Origin: Eledone cirrhosa
Taxonomy: Eukaryota
Assembly: GCA_964016885.1 (NCBI GenBank)
Contig: OZ024740.1
Coordinates: 31,806,001 to 31,870,000 of the forward strand
Reading direction: 5' to 3'
Length of the DNA stretch: 64,000 bases
Positions 26,057-40,779 of the stretch are shown here, piece after piece. Each line of letters begins with the position of its first letter. Within the stretch, counting starts at the first letter, position 1. A model generated the notes under the pieces. The model was not told where the DNA came from. It was given only the letters and a program-made list of their open reading frames with translations, and ran no database searches. The position numbers and the translations under genes are program-made.

Positions 26057-29000
26057 GGTTCCACAAGAAAACGCAATCAGCCCCCACTGTAAAGTGGTAG
26101 TTCTGGTGCCACAATAAATGTACCCAGCACTCACTGTAAAGTGGTAGTTCTGGTGCCACAATAAATGTACCTTGCACTCACTGTAATGCGGTAGTTCTGG
26201 TGCCACGATAAATGTACCCAGCACTCACTGTAAAGTGGTAGTTCTGGTGTCACAATAAATGTACCCAGCACTCACTGTAAAGTGGTAGTTCTGGTGCCAC
26301 AATAAATGTACCCAGCACTCACTGTAAAGTGGTAGTTCTGGTGCCACAATAAATGTACCCAGCACTCACTGTAAAGTGGTAGTTCTGGTTCCACAATAAA
26401 TTTACCCAGCACTCACTGTAATGTGGTAGTTCTGGTGCCACAATAAATGTACCCAGCACTCACTGTAATGTGGTAGTTCTGGTGCCACAATAAACGTACC
26501 CAGCACTCACTGTAAAGTGGTAGTTCTGTTGCCATGATAAATGTACCCAGCACTCACGGTAAAGTAGTAGTGTTGGTGCCACAATAAATGTACCCAGCAC
26601 TCACTGTAATGTGGTAGTTCTAGTGCCACAATAAATGTACCCAGCACTCACTGTAATGTGGTAGTTCTGGTGCCACAATAAATGTACCCAGCACTCACTG
26701 TAATGTGGTAGTTCTGTTGCCATGATAAATGTACCCAGCACTCACTGTAAAGTGGTAGTTCTGGTGCCACAATAAATGTACCCAGCACTCACTGTAAAGT
26801 GGTAGTTCTGGTGCCACAATAAATGTACCCAGCACTCACTGTAATGTGGTAGTTCTGGTGCCACAATAAATGTACCCAGCACTCACTGTAATGTGGTAGT
26901 TCTGGTGCCACAATAAATGTACCCAGCACTCACTGTAAAGTGGTAGTTCTGGTCCCACAGTAAATGTACCCAGCACTCACTGTAAAGTGGTAGTTCTGTT
27001 GCCACAATAAATGTACCCAGCACTCACTGTAAAGTAGTAGTGTTAGTGCCACAATAAATGTACCCAGCACTCACTGTAAAGTAGTAGTGTTAGTGCCACA
27101 ATAAATGTACCCAGCACTCACTGTAAAGTGGTAGTTCTGGTGCCACAATAAATGTACCCAGCACTCACTGTAAAGTGGTAGTTCTGGTGCCACAATAAAT
27201 GTACCCAGCACTCACTGTAAAGTGGTAGTTCTGGTGCCACAATAAATGTACCCAGCACTCACTGTAATGTGGTAGTTCTGGTCCCACAGTAAATGTACCC
27301 AGCACTCACTGTAAAGTGGTAGTGTTGGTGCCACAATAAATGTACCCAGCACTCACTGTAAAGGAGTAGTGTTGGTGCCACAATAAATGTACCCAGCACT
27401 CACTGTAAAGTGGTAGTTCTGGTGCCATGATAAATGTACCCAGCACTCACTGTAAAGTGGTAGTGTTGGTGCCACAATAAATGTACCCAGCACTCACTGT
27501 AAAGTAGTAGTGTTGGTGCCACAATAAATGTACCCAGCACTCACTGTAAAGTAGTAGTGTTGGTGCCACAATAAATGTACCCAGCACTCACTGTAATGTG
27601 GTAGTTCTGGTGCCACGATAAATGTACCCAGCACTCACTGTAAAGTGGTAGTGTTGGTGCCACAATAAATGTACCCAGCACTCACTGTAATGTGGTAGTT
27701 CTGGTGCCATGATAAATGTACCCAGCACTCACTGTAAAGTGGTAGTGTTGGTTCCACAATAAATGTACCCAGCACTCACGGTAAAGTAGTAGTGTTGGTG
27801 CCACAATAAATGTACCCAGCACTCACTGTAAAGTAGTAGTGTTGGTGCCACAATAAATGTACCCAGCACTCACTGTAATGTGGTAGTTCTGGTGCCACGA
27901 TAAATGTACCCAGCACTCACTGTAAAGTGGTAGTGTTGGTGCCACAATAAATGTACCCAGCACTCACTGTAAAGTGGTAGTGTTGGTGCCACGATAAATG
28001 TACCCAGCACTCACTGTAAAGTGGTAGTGTTGGTGCCACGATAAATGTACCCAGCACTCACTGTAAAGTGGTAGTTCTGGTGCCACAATAAATGTACCCA
28101 GCACTCACTGTAAAGTGGTAGTTCTGGTGCCACAATAAATGTACCCAGCACTCACTGTAATGTGGTAGTTCTGGTGCCACAATAAATGTACCCAGCACTC
28201 ACTGTAAAGTAGTAGTGTTGGTGCCACAATAAATGTACCCAGCACTCACTGTAATGTGGTAGTTATGGTGCCACAATAAATGTACCCAGCACTCACTGTA
28301 AAGTGGTAGTTCTGGTGCCACAATAAATGTACCCAGCACTCACTGTAAAGTGGTAGTTCTGGTGCCACAATAAATGTACCCAGCACTCACTGTAAAGTGG
28401 TAGTTCTGGTGTCACAATAAATGTACCCAGCACTCACTGTAAAGTGGTAGTTCTGTTGCCACAATAAATGTACCCAGCACTCACTGTAATGTGGTAGTTC
28501 TGGTGCCACAATAAATGTACCCAGCACTCACTGTAAAGTAGTAGTGTTGGTGCCATAATAAATGTACCCAGCACTCACGGTAAAGTAGTAGTGTTGGTGC
28601 CACGATAAATGTACCCAGCACTCACTGTAATGTGGTAGTTCTGGTGCCACGATAAATGTACCCAGCACTCACTGTAATGTGGTAGTTCTGGTGCCACAAT
28701 AAATGTACCCAGCACTCACTGTAAAGTAGTAGTGTTAGTTCCACAATAAATGTACCCAGCACTCACTGTAATGTGGTAGTTCTGGTGCCACAATAAATGT
28801 ACCCAGCACTCACTGTAAAGTGGTAGTTCTGGTGCCACAATAAATGTACCCAGCACTCACTGTAATGTGGTAGTTCTGGTGCCACAATAAATGTACCCAG
28901 CACTCACTGTAAAGTGGTAGTGTTGGTGCCACAATAAATGTACCCAGCACTCACTGTAAAGTGGTAGTGTTGGTGCCACAATAAATGTACCCAGCACTCA

Positions 29001-32000
29001 CTGTAAAGGAGTAGTGTTGGTGCCACAATAAATGTACCCAGCACTCACTGTAATGTGGTAGTTCTGGTGCCATGATAAATGTACCCAGCACTCACTGTAA
29101 AGTGGTAGTGTTGGTGCCACAATAAATGTACCCAGCACTCACTGTAAAGTAGTAGTGTTGGTGCCACAATAAATGTACCCAGCACTCACTGTAAAGTAGT
29201 AGTGTTGGTGCCACAATAAATGTACCCAGCACTCACTGTAATGTGGTAGTTCTGGTGCCACGATAAATGTACCCAGCACTCACTGTAAAGTGGTAATGTT
29301 GGTGCCACAATAAATGTACCCAGCACTCACTGTAATGTGGTAGTTCTGGTGCCATGATAAATGTACCCAGCACTCACTGTAAAGTGGTAGTGTTGGTGCC
29401 ACAATAAATGTACCCAGCACTCACGGTAAAGTAGTAGTGTTGGTGCCACAATAAATGTACCCAGCACTCACTGTAAAGTAGTAGTGTTGGTGCCACAATA
29501 AATGTACCCAGCACTCACTGTAATGTGGTAGTTCTGGTGCCACGATAAATGTACCCAGCACTCACTGTAAAGTGGTAGTGTTGGTGCCACAATAAATGTA
29601 CCCAGCACTCACTGTAAAGTGGTAGTGTTGGTGCCACAATAAATCTACCCAGCACTCACTGTAAAGTGGTAGTGTTGGTGCCACGATAAATGTACCCAGC
29701 ACTCACTGTAAAGTGGTAGTTCTGGTGCCACAATAAATGTACCCAGCACTCACTGTAAAGTGGTAGTTCTGGTGCCACAATAAATGTACCCAGCACTCAC
29801 TGTAATGTGGTAGTTCTGGTGCCACAATAAATGTACCCAGCACTCACTGTAAAGTAGTAGTGTTGGTGCCACAATAAATGTACCCAGCACTCACTGTAAT
29901 GTGGTAGTTATGGTGCCACAATAAATGTACCCAGCACTCACTGTAAAGTGGTAGTTCTGGTGCCACAATAAATGTACCCAGCACTCACTGTAAAGTGGTA
30001 GTTCTGGTGCCACAATAAATGTACCCAGCACTCACTGTAAAGTGGTAGTTCTGGTGTCACAATAAATGTACCCAGCACTCACTGTAAAGTGGTAGTTCTG
30101 TTGCCACAATAAATGTACCCAGCACTCACTGTAATGTGGTAGTTCTGGTGCCACAATAAATGTACCCAGCACTCACTGTAAAGTAGTAGTGTTGGTGCCA
30201 CAATAAATGTACCCAGCACTCACGGTAAAGTAGTAGTGTTGGTGCCACGATAAATGTACCCAGCACTCACTGTAATGTGGTAGTTCTGGTGCCACGATAA
30301 ATGTACCCAGCACTCACTGTAATGTGGTAGTTCTGGTGCCACAATAAATGTACCCAGCACTCACGGTAAAGTAGTAGTGTTGGTGCCACAATAAATGTAC
30401 CCAGCACTCACTGTAATGTGGTAGTTCTAGTGCCACAATAAATGTACCCAGCACTCACTGTAATGTGGTAGTTCTGGTGCCACAATAAATGTACCCAGCA
30501 CTCACTGTAATGTGGTAGTTCTGTTGCCATGATAAATGTACCCAGCACTCACTGTAAAGTGGTAGTTCTGGTGCCACAATAAATGTACCCAGCACTCACT
30601 GTAAAGTGGTAGTTCTGGTGCCACAATAAATGTACCCAGCACTCACTGTAATGTGGTAGTTCTGGTGCCACAATAAATGTACCCAGCACTCACTGTAATG
30701 TGGTAGTTCTGGTGCCACAATAAATGTACCCAGCACTCACTGTAAAGTGGTAGTTCTGGTCCCACAGTAAATGTACCCAGCACTCACTGTAAAGTGGTAG
30801 TTCTGTTGCCACAATAAATGTACCCAGCACTCACTGTAAAGTAGTAGTGTTAGTGCCACAATAAATGTACCCAGCACTCACTGTAAAGTAGTAGTGTTAG
30901 TGCCACAATAAATGTACCCAGCACTCACTGTAAAGTGGTAGTTCTGGTGCCACAATAAATGTACCCAGCACTCACTGTAAAGTGGTAGTTCTGGTGCCAC
31001 AATAAATGTACCCAGCACTCACTGTAAAGTGGTAGTTCTGGTGCCACAATAAATGTACCCAGCACTCACTGTAATGTGGTAGTTCTGGTCCCACAGTAAA
31101 TGTACCCAGCACTCACTGTAAAGTGGTAGTGTTGGTGCCACAATAAATGTACCCAGCACTCACTGTAAAGGAGTAGTGTTGGTGCCACAATAAATGTACC
31201 CAGCACTCACTGTAAAGTGGTAGTTCTGGTGCCATGATAAATGTACCCAGCACTCACTGTAAAGTGGTAGTGTTGGTGCCACAATAAATGTACCCAGCAC
31301 TCACTGTAAAGTAGTAGTGTTGGTGCCACAATAAATGTACCCAGCACTCACTGTAAAGTAGTAGTGTTGGTGCCACAATAAATGTACCCAGCACTCACTG
31401 TAATGTGGTAGTTCTGGTGCCACGATAAATGTACCCAGCACTCACTGTAAAGTGGTAGTGTTGGTGCCACAATAAATGTACCCAGCACTCACTGTAATGT
31501 GGTAGTTCTGGTGCCATGATAAATGTACCCAGCACTCACTGTAAAGTGGTAGTGTTGGTTCCACAATAAATGTACCCAGCACTCACGGTAAAGTAGTAGT
31601 GTTGGTGCCACAATAAATGTACCCAGCACTCACTGTAAAGTAGTAGTGTTGGTGCCACAATAAATGTACCCAGCACTCACTGTAATGTGGTAGTTCTGGT
31701 GCCACGATAAATGTACCCAGCACTCACTGTAAAGTGGTAGTGTTGGTGCCACAATAAATGTACCCAGCACTCACTGTAAAGTGGTAGTGTTGGTGCCACG
31801 ATAAATGTACCCAGCACTCACTGTAAAGTGGTAGTGTTGGTGCCACGATAAATGTACCCAGCACTCACTGTAAAGTGGTAGTTCTGGTGCCACAATAAAT
31901 GTACCCAGCACTCACTGTAAAGTGGTAGTTCTGGTGCCACAATAAATGTACCCAGCACTCACTGTAATGTGGTAGTTCTGGTGCCACAATAAATGTACCC

Positions 32001-35000
32001 AGCACTCACTGTAAAGTAGTAGTGTTGGTGCCACAATAAATGTACCCAGCACTCACTGTAATGTGGTAGTTATGGTGCCACAATAAATGTACCTAGCACT
32101 CACTGTAAAGTGGTAGTTCTGGTGCCACAATAAATGTACCCAGCACTCACTGTAAAGTGGTAGTTCTGGTGCCACAATAAATGTACCCAGCACTCACTGT
32201 AAAGTGGTAGTTCTGGTGTCACAATAAATGTACCCAGCACTCACTGTAAAGTGGTAGTTCTGTTGCCACAATAAATGTACCCAGCACTCACTGTAATGTG
32301 GTAGTTCTGGTGCCACAATAAATGTACCCAGCACTCACTGTAAAGTAGTAGTGTTGGTGCCACAATAAATGTACCCAGCACTCACGGTAAAGTAGTAGTG
32401 TTGGTTCCACGATAAATGTACCCAGCACTCACTGTAATGTGGTAGTTCTGGTGCCACGATAAATGTACCCAGCACTCACTGTAATGTGGTAGTTCTGGTG
32501 CCACAATAAATGTACCCAGCACTCACTGTAAAGTAGTAGTGTTAGTTCCACAATAAATGTACCCAGCACTCACTGTAATGTGGTAGTTCTGGTGCCACAA
32601 TAAATGTACCCAGCACTCACTGTAAAGTGGTAGTTCTGGTGCCACAATAAATGTACCCAGCACTCACTGTAATGTGGTAGTTCTGGTGCCACAATAAATG
32701 TACCCAGCACTCACTGTAAAGTGGTAGTGTTGGTGCCACAATAAATGTACCCAGCACTCACTGTAAAGTGGTAGTGTTGGTGCCACAATAAATGTACCCA
32801 GCACTCACTGTAAAGGAGTAGTGTTGGTGCCACAATAAATGTACCCAGCACTCACTGTAATGTGGTAGTTCTGGTGCCATGATAAATGTACCCAGCACTC
32901 ACTGTAAAGTGGTAGTGTTGGTGCCACAATAAATGTACCCAGCACTCACTGTAAAGTAGTAGTGTTGGTGCCACAATAAATGTACCCAGCACTCACTGTA
33001 AAGTAGTAGTGTTGGTGCCACAATAAATGTACCCAGCACTCACTGTAATGTGGTAGTTCTGGTGCCACGATAAATGTACCCAGCACTCACTGTAAAGTGG
33101 TAATGTTGGTGCCACAATAAATGTACCCAGCACTCACTGTAATGTGGTAGTTCTGGTGCCATGATAAATGTACCCAGCACTCACTGTAAAGTGGTAGTGT
33201 TGGTGCCACAATAAATGTACCCAGCACTCACGGTAAAGTAGTAGTGTTGGTGCCACAATAAATGTACCCAGCACTCACTGTAAAGTAGTAGTGTTGGTGC
33301 CACAATAAATGTACCCAGCACTCACTGTAATGTGGTAGTTCTGGTGCCACGATAAATGTACCCAGCACTCACTGTAAAGTGGTAGTGTTGGTGCCACAAT
33401 AAATGTACCCAGCACTCACTGTAAAGTGGTAGTGTTGGTGCCACAATAAATCTACCCAGCACTCACTGTAAAGTGGTAGTGTTGGTGCCACGATAAATGT
33501 ACCCAGCACTCACTGTAAAGTGGTAGTTCTGGTGCCACAATAAATGTACCCAGCACTCACTGTAAAGTGGTAGTTCTGGTGCCACAATAAATGTACCCAG
33601 CACTCACTGTAATGTGGTAGTTCTGGTGCCACAATAAATGTACCCAGCACTCACTGTAAAGTAGTAGTGTTGGTGCCACAATAAATGTACCCAGCACTCA
33701 CTGTAATGTGGTAGTTATGGTGCCACAATAAATGTACCCAGCACTCACTGTAAAGTGGTAGTTCTGGTGCCACAATAAATGTACCCAGCACTCACTGTAA
33801 AGTGGTAGTTCTGGTGCCACAATAAATGTACCCAGCACTCACTGTAAAGTGGTAGTTCTGGTGTCACAATAAATGTACCCAGCACTCACTGTAAAGTGGT
33901 AGTTCTGTTGCCACAATAAATGTACCCAGCACTCACTGTAATGTGGTAGTTCTGGTGCCACAATAAATGTACCCAGCACTCACTGTAAAGTAGTAGTGTT
34001 GGTGCCACAATAAATGTACCCAGCACTCACGGTAAAGTAGTAGTGTTGGTGCCACGATAAATGTACCCAGCACTCACTGTAATGTGGTAGTTCTGGTGCC
34101 ACGATAAATGTACCCAGCACTCACTGTAATGTGGTAGTTCTGGTGCCACAATAAATGTACCCAGCACTCACTGTAAAGTAGTAGTGTTAGTGCCACAATA
34201 AATGTACCCAGCACTCACTGTAATGTGGTAGTTCTGGTGCCACAATAAATGTACCCAGCACTCACTGTAAAGTGGTAGTTCTGGTGCCACAATAAATGTA
34301 CCCAGCACTCACTGTAATGTGGTAGTTCTGGTGCCACAATAAATGTACCCAGCACTCACTGTAAAGTGGTAGTGTTGGTGCCACAATAAATGTACCCAGC
34401 ACTCACTGTAAAGTGGTAGTGTTGGTGCCACAATAAATGTACCCAGCACTCACTGTAAAGTGGTAGTTCTGGTTCCACAATAAATGTACCTTGCACTCAC
34501 TGTAATGTGGTAGTTCTGGTGCCACAATAAATGTACCCAGCACTCACTGTAATGTGGTAGTTCTGGTGCCACAATAAATGTACCCAGCACTCACTGTAAT
34601 GTGGTAGTTCTGGTGCCACAATAAATGTATCCAGCACTCACTGTAAAGTAGTAGTGTTGGTGCCACAATAAATGTACCCAGCACTCACTGTAATGTGGTA
34701 GTTCTGGTGCCACAATAAATGTACCCAGCACTTACTGTAAAGTAGTAGTGTTAGTGCCACAATAAATGTACCCAGCACTCACTGTAAAGTGGTAGTTCTG
34801 CTGCCACAATAAATGTACCCAGCACTCACTGTAAAGTGGTAGTGTTGGTGCCACAATAAATGTACCCAGCACTCACTGTAATGTGGTAGTTCTGTTGCCA
34901 CAATAAATGTACCCAGCACTCACTGTAAAGTGGTTGTTCTGGTACCACAATAAATGTACCCAGCACTCACTGTAATGTGGTAGTTCTGGTGCCACAATAA

Positions 35001-38000
35001 ATGTACCCAGCACTCACTGTAAAGTGGTAGTTCTGGTTCCACAATAAATGTACCCAGCACTCACTGTAATGTGGTAGTTCTGGTGCCACAATAAATGTAC
35101 CCAGCACTCACTGTAATGTGGTAGTTCTGGTGCCACAATAAATGTACCCAGCACTCACTGTAAAGTGGTAGTTCTGGTGCCACAATAAATGTACCCAGCA
35201 CTCACTGTAAAGTGGTAGTTCTGGTGCCACAATAAATGTACCCAGCACTCACTGTAAAGTGGTAGTTCTGGTGCCACAATAAATGTACCCAGCACTCACT
35301 GTAAAGTGGTAGTTCTGGTGCCATGATAAATGTACCCAGCACTCACTGTAATGTAGTAGTTCTGGTGCCACAGTAAATGTACCCAGCACTCACTGTAAAG
35401 TGGTAGTTCTGGTGCCACAATAAATGTACCCAGCACTCACTGTAAAGTGGTAGTTCTGGTGCCACAATAAATGTACCCAGCACTCACTGTAAAGTGGTAG
35501 TTCTGGTGTCACAATAAATGTACCCAGCACTCACTGTAAAGTGGTAGTTCTGTTGCCACAATAAATGTACCCAGCACTCACTGTAATGTGGTAGTTCTGG
35601 TGCCACAATAAATGTACCCAGCACTCACTGTAAAGTAGTAGTGTTGGTGCCACAATAAATGTACCCAGCACTCATGGTAAAGTAGTAGTGTTGGTGCCAC
35701 GATAAATGTACCCAGCACTCACTGTAATGTGGTAGTTCTGGTGCCACGATAAATGTACCCAGCACTCACTGTAATGTGGTAGTTCTGGTGCCACAATAAA
35801 TGTACCCAGCACTCACTGTAAAGTAGTAGTGTTAGTGCCACAATAAATGTACCCAGCACTCACTGTAATGTGGTAGTGTTGGTGCCACAATAAATGTACC
35901 CAGCACTCACTGTAAAGTGGTAGTTCTGTTTCCACAATAAATGTACCTTCAACTCACTGTAATGTGGTAGTTCTGGTGCCACAATAAATGTACCCAGCAC
36001 TCACTGTAATGTGGTAGTTCTGTTGCCATGATAAATGTACCCAGCACTCACTGTAAAGTGGTAGTTCTGGTGCCACAATAAATGTACCCAGCACTCACTG
36101 TAAAGTGGTAGTTCTGGTGCCACAATAAATGTACCCAGCACTCACTGTAAAGTGGTAGTGTTGGTGCCACAATAAATGTACCCAGCACTCACTGTAAAGT
36201 GGTAGTTCTGGTGCCACAATAAATGTACCCAGCACTCACTGTAATGTGGTAGTTCTGGTGCCACAATAAATGTACCCAGCACTCACTGTAAAGTAGTAGT
36301 GTTGGTGCCACAATAAATGTACCCAGCACTCACTGTAATGTGGTAGTTCTGGTGCCACAATAAATGTACCCAGCACTCACTGTAAAGTGGTAGTTCTGGT
36401 GCCACAATAAATGTACCCAGCACTCACTGTAATGTGGTAGTTCTGGTGCCACAATAAATGTACCCAGCACTCACTGTAATGTGGTAGTTCTGGTGCCACA
36501 ATAAATGTACCCAGCACTCACTGTAAAGTAGTAGTGTTGATCCCACAATAAATGTACCCAGCACTCACTGTAATGTGGTAGTTCTGGTGCCACAATAAAT
36601 GTACCCAGCACTCACTGTAAAGTGGTAGTTCTGGTGCCACAATAAATGTACCCAGCACTCACTGTAAAGTGATAGTTCTGGTGCCACAATAAATGTACCC
36701 AGCACTCACTGTAATGTGGTAGTTCTGGTGCCACAATAAATGTACCCAGCACTCACTGTAAAGTGGTAGTTCTGGTGCCACAATAAATGTACCCAGCACT
36801 CACTGTAATGTGGTAGTGTTGGTGCCACAATAAATGTACCCAGCACTCACTGTAAAGTGGTAGTTCTGGTGCCACAATAAATGTAGCCAGCACTCACTGT
36901 AAAGTGGTAGTTCTGGTGCCACAATAAATGTACCCAGCACTCACTGTAAAGTGGTAGTTCTGGTGCCACAATAAATGTACCCAGCACTCACTGTAATGTG
37001 GTAGTTCTGTTGCCATGATAAATGTACCCAGCACTCACTGTAATGTGGTAGTTCTGGTGCCACAATAAATGTACCCAGCACTCACTGTAATGTGGTAGTT
37101 CTGGTGCCACAATAAATGTACCCAGCACTCACTGTAATGTGGTAGTTCTGGTGCCACAATAAATGTATCCAGCACTCACTGTAAAGTAGTAGTGTTGGTG
37201 CCACAATAAATGTACCCAGCACTCACTGTAATGTGGTAGTTCTGGTGCCACAATAAATGTACCCAGCACTTACTGTAAAGTAGTAGTGTTAGTGCCACAA
37301 TAAATGTACCCAGCACTCACTGTAAAGTGGTAGTTCTGCTGCCACAATAAATGTACCCAGCACTCACTGTAAAGTGGTAGTGTTGGTGCCACAATAAATG
37401 TACCCAGCACTCACTGTAATGTGGTAGTTCTGTTGCCACAATAAATGTACCCAGCACTCACTGTAAAGTGGTAGTTCTGGTACCACAATAAATGTACCCA
37501 GCACTCACTGTAATGTGGTAGTTCTGGTGCCACAATAAATGTACCCAGCACTCACTGTAAAGTGGTAGTTCTGGTTCCACAATAAATGTACCCAGCACTC
37601 ACTGTAATGTGGTAGTTCTGGTGCCACAATAAATGTACCCAGCACTCACTGTAATGTGGTAGTTCTGGTGCCACAATAAATGTACCCAGCACTCACTGTA
37701 AAGTGGTAGTTCTGGTGCCACAATAAATGTACCCAGCACTCACTGTAAAGTGGTAGTTCTGGTGCCACAATAAATGTACCCAGCACTCACTGTAAAGTGG
37801 TAGTTCTGGTGCCACAATAAATGTACCCAGCACTCACTGTAAAGTGGTAGTTCTGGTGCCATGATAAATGTACCCAGCACTCACTGTAATGTAGTAGTTC
37901 TGGTGCCACAGTAAATGTACCCAGCACTCACTGTAAAGTGGTAGTTCTGGTGCCACAATAAATGTACCCAGCACTCACTGTAAAGTGGTAGTTCTGGTGC

Positions 38001-40600
38001 CACAATAAATGTACCCAGCACTCACTGTAAAGTGGTAGTTCTGGTGTCACAATAAATGTACCCAGCACTCACTGTAAAGTGGTAGTTCTGTTGCCACAAT
38101 AAATGTACCCAGCACTCACTGTAATGTGGTAGTTCTGGTGCCACAATAAATGTACCCAGCACTCACTGTAAAGTAGTAGTGTTGGTGCCACAATAAATGT
38201 ACCCAGCACTCATGGTAAAGTAGTAGTGTTGGTGCCACGATAAATGTACCCAGCACTCACTGTAATGTGGTAGTTCTGGTGCCACGATAAATGTACCCAG
38301 CACTCACTGTAATGTGGTAGTTCTGGTGCCACAATAAATGTACCCAGCACTCACTGTAAAGTAGTAGTGTTAGTGCCACAATAAATGTACCCAGCACTCA
38401 CTGTAATGTGGTAGTGTTGGTGCCACAATAAATGTACCCAGCACTCACTGTAAAGTGGTAGTTCTGTTTCCACAATAAATGTACCTTCAACTCACTGTAA
38501 TGTGGTAGTTCTGGTGCCACAATAAATGTACCCAGCACTCACTGTAATGTGGTAGTTCTGTTGCCATGATAAATGTACCCAGCACTCACTGTAAAGTGGT
38601 AGTTCTGGTGCCACAATAAATGTACCCAGCACTCACTGTAAAGTGGTAGTTCTGGTGCCACAATAAATGTACCCAGCACTCACTGTAAAGTGGTAGTGTT
38701 GGTGCCACAATAAATGTACCCAGCACTCACTGTAAAGTGGTAGTTCTGGTGCCACAATAAATGTACCCAGCACTCACTGTAATGTGGTAGTTCTGGTGCC
38801 ACAATAAATGTACCCAGCACTCACTGTAAAGTAGTAGTGTTGGTGCCACAATAAATGTACCCAGCACTCACTGTAATGTGGTAGTTCTGGTGCCACAATA
38901 AATGTACCCAGCACTCACTGTAAAGTGGTAGTTCTGGTGCCACAATAAATGTACCCAGCACTCACTGTAATGTGGTAGTTCTGGTGCCACAATAAATGTA
39001 CCCAGCACTCACTGTAATGTGGTAGTTCTGGTGCCACAATAAATGTACCCAGCACTCACTGTAAAGTAGTAGTGTTGATCCCACAATAAATGTACCCAGC
39101 ACTCACTGTAATGTGGTAGTTCTGGTGCCACAATAAATGTACCCAGCACTCACTGTAAAGTGGTAGTTCTGGTGCCACAATAAATGTACCCAGCACTCAC
39201 TGTAAAGTGGTAGTTCTGGTGCCACAATAAATGTACCCAGCACTCACTGTAAAGTGGTAGTTCTGGTGCCACAATAAATGTACCCAGCACTCACTGTAAA
39301 GTGGTAGTGTTGGTGCCACAATAAATGTACCCAGCACTCACTGTAAAGTGGTAGTTCTGGTGCCACAATAAATGTACCCAGCACTCACTGTAATGTGGTA
39401 GTTCTGGTGCCACAATAAATGTACCCAGCACTCACTGTAAAGTGGTAGTTCTGGTGCCACAATAAATGTACCCAGCACTCACTGTAATGTGGTAGTGTTG
39501 GTGCCACAATAAATGTACCCAGCACTCACTGTAAAGTGGTAGTTCTGGTGCCACAATAAATGTAGCCAGCACTCACTGTAAAGTGGTAGTTCTGGTGCCA
39601 CAATAAATGTACCCAGCACTCACTGTAAAGTGGTAGTTCTGGTGCCACAATAAATGTACCCAGCACTCACTGTAATGTGGTAGTTCTGTTGCCATGATAA
39701 ATGTACCCAGCACTCACTGTAATGTGGTAGTTCTGGTGCCACAATAAATGTACCCAGCACTCACTGTAATGTGGTAGTTCTGGTGCCACAATAAATGTAC
39801 CCAGCACTCACTGTAATGTGGTAGTGTTGGTGCCACAATAAATGTACCCAGCACTCACTGTAAAGTGGTAGTTCTGGTGCCACAATAAATGTACCCAGCA
39901 CTCACTGTAAAGTGGTAGTTCTGGTGCCACAATAAATGTACCCAGCACTCACTGTAATGTGGTAGTTCTGTTGCCATGATAAATGTACCCAGCACTCACT
40001 GTAATGTGGTAGTTCTGGTGCCACAATAAATGTACCCAGCACTCACTGTAATGTGGTAGTTCTGTTGCCAAGATAAACGTACCCAGCACTCACTGTAATG
40101 TGGTAGTTCTGTTGCCAAGATAAATGTACCCAGCACTCACTGTAATGTGGTAGTTCTGGTGCCACAATAAATGTACCCAGCACTCACTGTAATGTGGTAG
40201 TTCTGTTGCCAAGATAAATGTACCCAGCACTCACTGTAATGTGGTAGTTCTGTTGCCACAATAAATGTACCCAGCACTCACTGTAATGTGGTAGTTCTGG
40301 TGCCACAATAAATGTACCCAGCACTCACTGTAATGTGGTAGTTCTGTTGCCAAGATAAATGTACCCAGCACTCACTGTAATGTGGTAGTTCTGTTGCCAA
40401 GATAAATGTACCCAGCACTCACTGTAATGTGGTAGTTCTGTTGCCAAGATAAATGTACCCAGCACTCACTGTAATGTGGTAGTTCTGTTGCCAAGATAAA
40501 TGTACCCAGCACTCACTGTAATGTGGTAGTTCTGTTGCCAAGATAAATGTACCCATCACTCACTGTAAAGTGGTAGTTCTGGTGCCATGATAAATGTACC
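26057..40600. repeat. 47-bp minisatellite array, about 309 copies, with higher-order duplications
   Basis: Unit GGTGCCACAATAAATGTACCCAGCACTCACTGTAA(A/T)GTGGTAGTTCT. Confidence 0.99.
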
Positions 40601-40779
40601 AAAGCCTCCAACAAGAACACTATGTAACTAATGATTATTTCTTAAATGTTTCTTTCTGCTGACCTGCATTCCTAGATTAGGAAATTATTGTAGGTTATAT
40701 TATATTATATTGTTATATTATATCATTATATTATATTACATTACATATTATATTGTTATGTTATGTTATGCTATTATTA

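Noticed and set aside
26057-40600. CRISPR-like array
   Set aside because: There are no unique spacers, the units are head-to-tail, the context is a eukaryotic intron, and no cas genes are present. The same applies to the other arrays.
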